Shown here in pieces: positions 26,352 to 32,000 of a DNA stretch of 32,000 nucleotides. The position numbers and the translations under genes are program-made. The DNA is from Microcystis aeruginosa NIES-2549 (GTDB lineage: Bacteria; Cyanobacteriota; Cyanobacteriia; Cyanobacteriales; Microcystaceae). The notes beneath the pieces were generated by a model, which ran no database searches, was not told the origin of the DNA, and worked only from the letters and a program-made list of their open reading frames with translations. Each line of letters starts with the position of its first letter. Within the stretch, counting starts at the first letter, position 1. The DNA is taken from the NCBI RefSeq assembly GCF_000981785.2, contig NZ_CP011304.1, positions 3,210,001 through 3,242,000 on the forward strand, written 5' to 3'.

Positions 26352-27011
26352 ATGAAAGCATTTGTAGCAGGAGCCACGGGGGAAACGGGACGGCGAATCG
26401 TTGCCCAATTAGTCGAACGTCAGATTCCCGTGCGCGCTTTGGTGAGAAACCGCGAGAAAGCGGCGGAAATTTTGCCAGCAGGGGTGGAAATCGTCGTCGG
26501 AGATGTCCAACAGGCCGATAAGTTAGAGGCACTCATCGCTGATTGTAGCGTTTTGCTATGCGCCACGGGAGCCAGACCGAGTTTTAATCCCACGGAACCT
26601 TTGTTAGTGGACTACTTGGGAACTAAAAATCTCATCGATGCCGCCAAAAAGAAAGGAATCGAGCATTTTGTTCTCGTTACTTCCCTCTGTGTATCGAACT
26701 TTTTCCACCCCCTCAATCTCTTTTGGTTAATTTTATTCTGGAAAAAACAAGCGGAAGCCTATTTAATCAATAGTGGACTAACCTACACGATCGTGCGACC
26801 CGGCGGCCTTAAAAACGATGATAATCTTAATGCCATTAAAATGTCATCCGCCGATACCCTGTCTGAGGGCAATATTCCCCGCACGAAAGTGGCCTCGGTT
26901 TGCGTAGAATCCCTATTTTATCCCGCCGCTAACAATAAAATTCTCGAAATTGTTGCCCCCTCAGACGCTCCCAATCTCGATTGGTCACAATTGTTTCAAA
27001 GTGTCACCTAA
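26352..27011 (+). CDS. atypical SDR / NAD(P)H-binding Rossmann-fold protein (NmrA/Tic62-like)
   Basis: 219 aa starting MKAFVAGATGETGRRIV (GxxGxxG), with ...YTIVRPGGL typical of the PF13460-type family. Confidence 0.85.
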   Translation: MKAFVAGATGETGRRIVAQLVERQIPVRALVRNREKAAEILPAGVEIVVGDVQQADKLEALIADCSVLLCATGARPSFNPTEPLLVDYLGTKNLIDAAKKKGIEHFVLVTSLCVSNFFHPLNLFWLILFWKKQAEAYLINSGLTYTIVRPGGLKNDDNLNAIKMSSADTLSEGNIPRTKVASVCVESLFYPAANNKILEIVAPSDAPNLDWSQLFQSVT

Positions 27012-27012
27012 A

Positions 27013-27061
27013 CAGTAATCAGTGAACAGTAATCAGTAAACAGTGATCAGTGAACTGATAA
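27013..27061. repeat. heptanucleotide tandem repeat CAGT(A/G)A(A/T) x6 plus CTGATAA, starting 2 nt after the stop codon
   Basis: cagtaat cagtgaa cagtaat cagtaaa cagtgat cagtgaa ctgataa, read directly. Same family as 2284-2318 and 2374-2415. Confidence 0.9.
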
Positions 27062-27118
27062 CTCAAATCTGGAAACTAAAAACTCATATCTGTTAACGAA
27101 TGCAGGAGGCAGGAGTCC

Positions 27119-27180
27119 GTTTTTGTAACGGGGATTTATGCCCCGCTCCAAAAACTTTTCGCCTTACAAGGCGAGGTTTT
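27119..27180 (+). terminator. tandem hairpins downstream of the SDR gene; the second has a T-tail
   Basis: GTTTTTGTAACGGGG-atttatg-CCCCGCTCCAAAAAC spans 27119-27155 (12/15 pairing). TCGCCTT-ac-AAGGCGA spans 27159-27174 and is followed by GGTTTT. Confidence 0.45.
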
Positions 27181-27201
27181 AGACCCGATTTTTTCGATAA
27201 T

Positions 27202-27312
27202 AATTAACCTCAGTTCGGGTTAAGGCTATTTTCCTACTCATTCCACAAAAGAATAGGGTTTACAGCGAACGAGAAAATTAGGGTTTTAGCTTATCCCGAA
27301 CTCAGGTTAATT
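27202..27312. repeat. 23-nt imperfect inverted repeat pair enclosing 65 nt (MITE-like or long hairpin)
   Basis: AATTAACCTCAGTTCGGGTTAAG (27202-27224) pairs with the reverse complement of CTTATCCCGAACTCAGGTTAATT (27290-27312), with 21/23 matching. Confidence 0.6.
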
Positions 27313-27338
27313 TATGCCAAAATTATCGGAGATAGGGC

Positions 27339-27773
27339 TTATTTTAACTCTCTGGTTAAGATTTTCGCCTGTTCAATCCAAGCTAACATCACCGCAATAT
27401 CGGGACATAAATCGCGTCTTTGCAGATTAGCCACCTGAAAGCGGAGAATCTGTCGGTGCAGTTGCTGAATTGATGTCTGTGCCAATTGCGGGATGGAAGC
27501 AATACCAGCATGAACCAGCAAACCGCAGTATTGACAACCCACGGCGGGAATAGAGGCTAATTCCGCCATTGCCACCCACTTATTAATATGTTTAGCCTGA
27601 ATTTGCATTCTTACTGCTAATTTTTCCTTACCCAATTGCGGACGAACTTTTTGCAAAAGTTGTGCGGTGCTGTCGATACCGCAATCCTTTAATTTTTGGC
27701 AATCTTGGTCACTTAACCCCGGCAAATGTTCAATTAACCAGCTTTGCCTGTGGATAAGTTGCGATCGATTCAT
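27339..27773 (-). CDS. DUF4332-like protein
   Basis: 144 aa. IEHLPGLSDQDCQKLKDCGIDSTAQLL and a second IPAVGCQYCGLLVHAGIASIPQLA resemble the duplicated helix-hairpin-helix-like units of DUF4332 proteins. Confidence 0.6.
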   Translation of the reverse strand: MNRSQLIHRQSWLIEHLPGLSDQDCQKLKDCGIDSTAQLLQKVRPQLGKEKLAVRMQIQAKHINKWVAMAELASIPAVGCQYCGLLVHAGIASIPQLAQTSIQQLHRQILRFQVANLQRRDLCPDIAVMLAWIEQAKILTRELK

Positions 27774-27933
27774 CGAAATTATTAACTATTGATAAGTAGA
27801 TTATAGCAGTTATCTTCAGTCCCAGATTAGCTGGTCGATGTCTGGTGAGAATCGATCCCCCTAGCTTCGGCATCTTCTTAAAAAAGGGGAAAAAGGAGGA
27901 ATTTGATGTGTAGTTTTTATGAATTATACACAG

Positions 27934-27969
27934 AAAAAAAGTTGATAGAACCAAAACGGTCTATCAACT
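27934..27969 (-). terminator. rho-independent terminator of the DEAD-box helicase gene
   Basis: On the minus strand, AGTTGATAGA-ccgttttggt-TCTATCAACT forms a 10-bp stem and is followed by TTTTTTT. It begins 29 nt after the stop codon. Confidence 0.75.
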
Positions 27970-27998
27970 CTTAAAATTATCTATTCAAGAACTAAAAA

Positions 27999-29438
27999 TT
28001 AACGTTCTTGAAAGACGATTTTTTTGTCCAGGGAAGGACGGTTATTCGACTTAGAGGGATACTTATTACCACCACTGCGGGGAGTTTTATTAATCACCGG
28101 TTTACTGCTCGTCGGTGCGGGAACTTCCCAATCGGTTTTCATCCACTGGGGACAATTTTGATCGTAGATCATTTGCAGGGCAGCCGCTGCGATCGCTTGG
28201 GGATCGTATTCTTCACTTAAATCCCGCACTAAAGGCAAGAAAGAAGCCATACGTTCCCCCGATAAAGCCTCTTTTAGCTGATTTTGCAGCTTGGCCAGAC
28301 GTTTTGCTTCTACTTCCGCACGACTAGGAATGGGACTAGATTCCAGACGTTGACGCAGACGCTGTTCAATCTGACGTAATAAACGCCGATCGATCGGTTC
28401 TACTAAAGATATAGCAGTTCCCGTTTTACCGGCGCGGCCCGTGCGGCCAATGCGGTGAATATAGGTTTCGGCATTATCCGGCAGATCATAGTTAATAACG
28501 TGGCTGAGATTTTCCACATCTAGACCGCGGGCCGCGATATCTGTGGCTACCACTAATTTAATTTTGCCCTCGCGGAAACGTTGCACCAGTCGTTCCCGTT
28601 GCACTTGGCTTAAGTTACCGTGGTATTCATCCACAGTTTGCCCCGCTTCTTGCAGTTTGCTGGTTAATTCGGCCGCGGTTTGCTTGGTGCGGACGAAAAT
28701 AATCGCCGATTCTAGGGGTTCGATCTCTAACAGGGGTTGCAGGACTTTTAATTTCGTCCAACCGCGAGGGATCAGATAAATTTTCTGCTCGATCTTAGCA
28801 GGAGCGGCCTGGGGTTGAGAAACCGTCACAGAAACGGGAGATTTCAAGAAATTAGCGATTAAATCGCGGATTTCCCGGGGCATAGTTGCCGAGAAACAGG
28901 CGGTTTGACGGGTGGAGGGGGATGCTTGCAGAATTTTCTTCACATCATCGATAAAACCCATACTGAGCATTTCGTCCGCTTCATCGAGGACTACCCAGTT
29001 TAGGGATTCGAGATGGAGTTTTTTGCGATCGAGCAGATCGATTACCCGGCCGGGAGTCCCGACCACAATCTGGACACCTTTTTCCAGACTGCGGATCTGA
29101 CGTTCCATGGATTGACCACCACAGACTGTCAGGATAAAGAGACGACGATCATCAGAGAAATCTTTGATGGCGCTGGCCACCTGTTGGGCTAATTCCCGGG
29201 TGGGGGTGAGGATTAAAGCTTGAACGTTAGGATTTTTGGTGTCCATGCGTTCCAGTAAAGGCAGGGAATAGGCGGCGGTTTTGCCGGTTCCCGTTTGCGA
29301 CATTCCTACCATGTCATGCCCTTCTAGAAGGAGAGGGATGGCTTTGGTTTGAATTTCCGTGGGGGTGGTGAATCCAAGCGTTTCTAGGTGTTGAAGACGG
29401 CTATCGGATAAACCTAAATTGTTGAAACCAGTGGTCAT
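27999..29438 (-). CDS. crhR: DEAD-box ATP-dependent RNA helicase (CrhR-like)
   Basis: 479 aa with the Q motif GFTTPTEIQ, then SQTGTGKT, PTRELA, VLDEADEML, SAT and HRIGRTGRAG, plus a C-terminal extension. Confidence 0.9.
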   Translation of the reverse strand: MTTGFNNLGLSDSRLQHLETLGFTTPTEIQTKAIPLLLEGHDMVGMSQTGTGKTAAYSLPLLERMDTKNPNVQALILTPTRELAQQVASAIKDFSDDRRLFILTVCGGQSMERQIRSLEKGVQIVVGTPGRVIDLLDRKKLHLESLNWVVLDEADEMLSMGFIDDVKKILQASPSTRQTACFSATMPREIRDLIANFLKSPVSVTVSQPQAAPAKIEQKIYLIPRGWTKLKVLQPLLEIEPLESAIIFVRTKQTAAELTSKLQEAGQTVDEYHGNLSQVQRERLVQRFREGKIKLVVATDIAARGLDVENLSHVINYDLPDNAETYIHRIGRTGRAGKTGTAISLVEPIDRRLLRQIEQRLRQRLESSPIPSRAEVEAKRLAKLQNQLKEALSGERMASFLPLVRDLSEEYDPQAIAAAALQMIYDQNCPQWMKTDWEVPAPTSSKPVINKTPRSGGNKYPSKSNNRPSLDKKIVFQER

Positions 29439-29479
29439 AGGGATTGTTTTGTGGGAATTAAATTAGAAAAATGGAAAAA

Positions 29480-30793
29480 TTAGACTATTTCGCCGTAGAG
29501 ATCGTAGGTATCGGCCGCAGTGATTCGGACCGGTACGATCGCACCTAGAATCGCCTCCCCTGTCACATAAACCAAGCCATCTACTTCTGGGGAAAAACGA
29601 GCGGAACGCCCGATTAATTCGCCTGTTTCCGGGTTTTCCTGTTCGATGAGAACATCGACAGTGTGACCGATATAAGCTTGATTTTTGCGCTCCGAGATTG
29701 GTTGCTGAGTTAACATCAACCTTTCGCGGCGTTCGTCCATAATTGCCTGTGGCACTGGATCGGGCAGGTCAAAAGCGGCTGTACCTTCTTCGGCGGAGAA
29801 GGTAAACACCCCGACGTGATCGAACTCATGACGCTTGACAAATTCCAGCAGATGGCTGAAATGTTCCTCGGTTTCTCCGGGGAAACCGACGATAAAAGTC
29901 GTTCGTAAAACCGCGTTCGGGATAGCTTGCTTGATCCGCTCGATAATGCCATCGTTGACCTGTCCTTGCCAGGGACGGTTCATCGCCCGCAGGATGTGGG
30001 GATGGGAATGTTGTAGCGGCAAGTCTAGATAGGGTAAAACATTCGGGGTCTCTCGGATCGCCTCGATAACCTTTGGCGTTAACCCGGTCGGGTAAGCGTA
30101 GTGAACGCGAATCCAAGGTATATCGACTTCTCCCAGCGCTCGCAAGAGTTCCGCTAATTTGGGTTCGCCATATAAGTCTAACCCATAATTGGTTGTTATT
30201 TGCGAAATGAGAATTAATTCTTGGACTCCTTGGTCGGCTAATTGTCGCGCTTCGGCCACAATCGACTCGATCGATCTCGATCGCTGATCGCCGCGCAGGT
30301 GGGGAATAATACAGAAAGCACAGCGATAATCGCAGCCTTCGGCCACCCGCAGATAGGCGACTCCCTCGCTGGTGGTGCGATAACGGGGCAGATTTTCATC
30401 GGCGATAAAAGTGGGATCGGTGCTGACTTCTTTGACTCGTTCTCCCGTCTCTACCCGTTCGACGATCTCGACGATTTTCTGATAATCCCCTGTACCGACA
30501 ATGGCCACGGCTTCCGGCAATTCCGTCAGCAGTTCATCTTGGAAATGTTGGGCCATACAGCCGGAGATAATAATTTTTTTATTAGCTTCCGCCAGTTCCA
30601 CGAGGGTGCGAACGGATTCTTCTCTAGCTGCTTGAATGAAACTACAGGTATTAACGATAACGTAATCGGCCAACTCCTCGTCATTATCTACGGGATAGCC
30701 GGCCTTGGCCAGCAGTCCTAACATATGCTCGGAGTCGATCCGGTTTTTCTCACAGCCTAGGTGTGAGATAGCGATGGTTGGCTTATTGCCCAT
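29480..30793 (-). CDS. rimO: ribosomal protein S12 methylthiotransferase RimO
   Basis: Has the MTTase N-domain ([12 protein letters not shown]), the radical-SAM motif [11 protein letters not shown], and a C-terminal TRAM domain. The track starts at TTG 30829. ATG 30793 ([14 protein letters not shown]) is the more likely start. Confidence 0.9.
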   Translation of the reverse strand: MGNKPTIAISHLGCEKNRIDSEHMLGLLAKAGYPVDNDEELADYVIVNTCSFIQAAREESVRTLVELAEANKKIIISGCMAQHFQDELLTELPEAVAIVGTGDYQKIVEIVERVETGERVKEVSTDPTFIADENLPRYRTTSEGVAYLRVAEGCDYRCAFCIIPHLRGDQRSRSIESIVAEARQLADQGVQELILISQITTNYGLDLYGEPKLAELLRALGEVDIPWIRVHYAYPTGLTPKVIEAIRETPNVLPYLDLPLQHSHPHILRAMNRPWQGQVNDGIIERIKQAIPNAVLRTTFIVGFPGETEEHFSHLLEFVKRHEFDHVGVFTFSAEEGTAAFDLPDPVPQAIMDERRERLMLTQQPISERKNQAYIGHTVDVLIEQENPETGELIGRSARFSPEVDGLVYVTGEAILGAIVPVRITAADTYDLYGEIV

Positions 30794-30932
30794 GCGATCG
30801 AGTATCAACCAAATCTTAAACTTCTTCAATGTTAAGACATTTTAACGGATTCCGGAATTGATAAAATCATTAGCAGTTAAAATAATTTCCCCCCCGGTGG
30901 CCCGTGGCTAGGCCTTCACCCTGTTAAAATGG

Positions 30933-31826
30933 GTGAGCGGCGCATGGTTTGGGACGCTAAGAGTAGTAGACGCTGTGAACTTAATTGCAACTTTCAAGAC
31001 AAAAAACCCGATTATTGGCGTGGTTCATCTCGCCCCCCTGCCCACTTCCCCCCGTTGGGGTGGCAGTCTCAAGACGGTGATCGAGCGGGCTGAACAGGAG
31101 GCGACGGCTTTGGCTGCCGGTGGTGTTGATGGTTTGATTATCGAGAATTTTTTTGATGCCCCCTTTACTAAGCAACAGGTGGATCCCGCCGTGGTTAGTG
31201 CCATGACGTTAATTGTTGATCGCATTAAAAATCTGGTGGTCTTACCGATTGGTCTTAATGTTCTCCGCAATGATGCCCATAGTGCTTTAGCGATCGCTAC
31301 CTGTGTTAATGCCCAATTTATTCGGGTTAATGTGCTAACGGGGGTTATGGCCACCGATCAGGGCATTATTGAGGGTCAAGCCCACGAACTCCTGCGTTAT
31401 CGGCGCGAATTGGGGTCTGAGGTCAAAATTTTAGCGGATGTTTTGGTTAAACACGCCCGCCCCTTGGGAACCCCTAATCTGACCACGGCGGTGCAAGATA
31501 CGATCGAACGGGGACTAGCAGACGGGGTGATCCTCTCCGGTTGGGCTACCGGTAGCCCCCCCAGTTTTGAGGATTTGGAACTGGCAGTGGCGGCGGCCAA
31601 GGGAACACCGGTTTTTATCGGCAGCGGGGCTGATTTGGACAATATCGGGCGGTTGCTGCCGGCTGCCGATGGGGTGATCGTGGCTAGTTCCCTCAAGCGT
31701 CATGGCAAAATTACTGAACCGGTGGATCCGATCCGGGTGTCGCAATTTGTGGAAACGGCCCGACAGATCAACGATCAAAGGGCAAAAATTGATAATTCGC
31801 TGCCTTCTTTGCCTCTGTCCACATAA
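30933..31826 (+). CDS. btpA: BtpA/SgcQ-family photosystem I biogenesis protein
   Basis: IGVVHLAPLPTSPRWGGSL...GGVDGLIIENFFDAPF is characteristic of BtpA. The track start is GTG 30933. GTG 30975 (VNLIATFKTKNPIIGVVHL) fits the usual N-terminus better. Confidence 0.88.
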   Translation: MSGAWFGTLRVVDAVNLIATFKTKNPIIGVVHLAPLPTSPRWGGSLKTVIERAEQEATALAAGGVDGLIIENFFDAPFTKQQVDPAVVSAMTLIVDRIKNLVVLPIGLNVLRNDAHSALAIATCVNAQFIRVNVLTGVMATDQGIIEGQAHELLRYRRELGSEVKILADVLVKHARPLGTPNLTTAVQDTIERGLADGVILSGWATGSPPSFEDLELAVAAAKGTPVFIGSGADLDNIGRLLPAADGVIVASSLKRHGKITEPVDPIRVSQFVETARQINDQRAKIDNSLPSLPLST

Positions 31827-32000
31827 CCCCTTGCTAGAATGGCGGATAGTTATCGGCCGTGGTGCGATCGTGATCCTAAGTTTTTAGGAATTGAAAATGC
31901 CCTAATTAACGAGATATCGTTACGGAATTTTTCCTTTCAACAAAGTACATTTAGATATCCCTCCTGACCCCTCAATTCTGCTGTAATTTAATCTAAATAA

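Noticed and set aside
26208-26532. Small ORFs 26208-26408 minus, 26311-26532 minus and 26324-26521 plus
   Set aside because: They overlap the divergent promoter region and the 5-prime end of the well-supported SDR gene. Their Arg/Ser/Gly-rich translations lack motifs.
30242-30721. 159-aa plus-strand ORF, and the minus-strand ORFs 29716-30116 in other frames
   Set aside because: They are antisense or alternate-frame shadows inside rimO, whose own frame carries the radical-SAM and TRAM signatures.
30981-31778. Minus-strand ORFs 30981-31175, 31025-31354, 31397-31696 and 31515-31778
   Set aside because: All are antisense to the well-supported btpA frame and have no motifs.

Overview
Cyanobacterial chromosomal segment. 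The gene content, at least nine exact GCGATCGC (HIP1) palindromes and the heptanucleotide tandem repeats suggest a Microcystis-like genome, but that genus call is recognition, not proof. The GC-richer core backbone is: ftsH (partial, runs off the left edge), the rimP-nusA-ylxR-infB operon, a membrane protein, alpha-carbonic anhydrase, a dihydroorotase-like gene, a large EF-hand/polyferredoxin membrane protein, lepB, prs, typA, a DUF1997-like gene, an SDR-type NAD(P)-binding protein, a DUF4332-like gene, a DEAD-box helicase, rimO and btpA. Three visibly AT-rich accessory patches interrupt this backbone. (1) 8.6-13.8 kb holds two orphan SPPY-type DNA methyltransferases, each followed on its own strand by a Uma2-family (PD-(D/E)xK) gene, in mirror image around the dihydroorotase-like gene. 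(2) 16.0-18.6 kb is a gene graveyard: a dihydroorotase C-terminal remnant, five copies of a 37-nt CRISPR-type repeat arranged as two 2-repeat mini-arrays plus a solo repeat, no cas genes, an intact very AT-rich 411-aa zinc-ribbon membrane ORF nested between the mini-arrays, and an IS630 transposase remnant. (3) 19.45-21.77 kb is a translationally coupled three-gene cassette (TIGR04255-like, Xre-HTH antitoxin-like, orphan 290-aa protein) between lepB and prs. I rank this cassette as the best candidate for an undescribed toxin-antitoxin or defence module. A 536-nt ORF-free, GC-richer spacer between typA and prs may encode a structured RNA that I could not identify. All family assignments come from reading motifs in the supplied translations. 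No searches were run.
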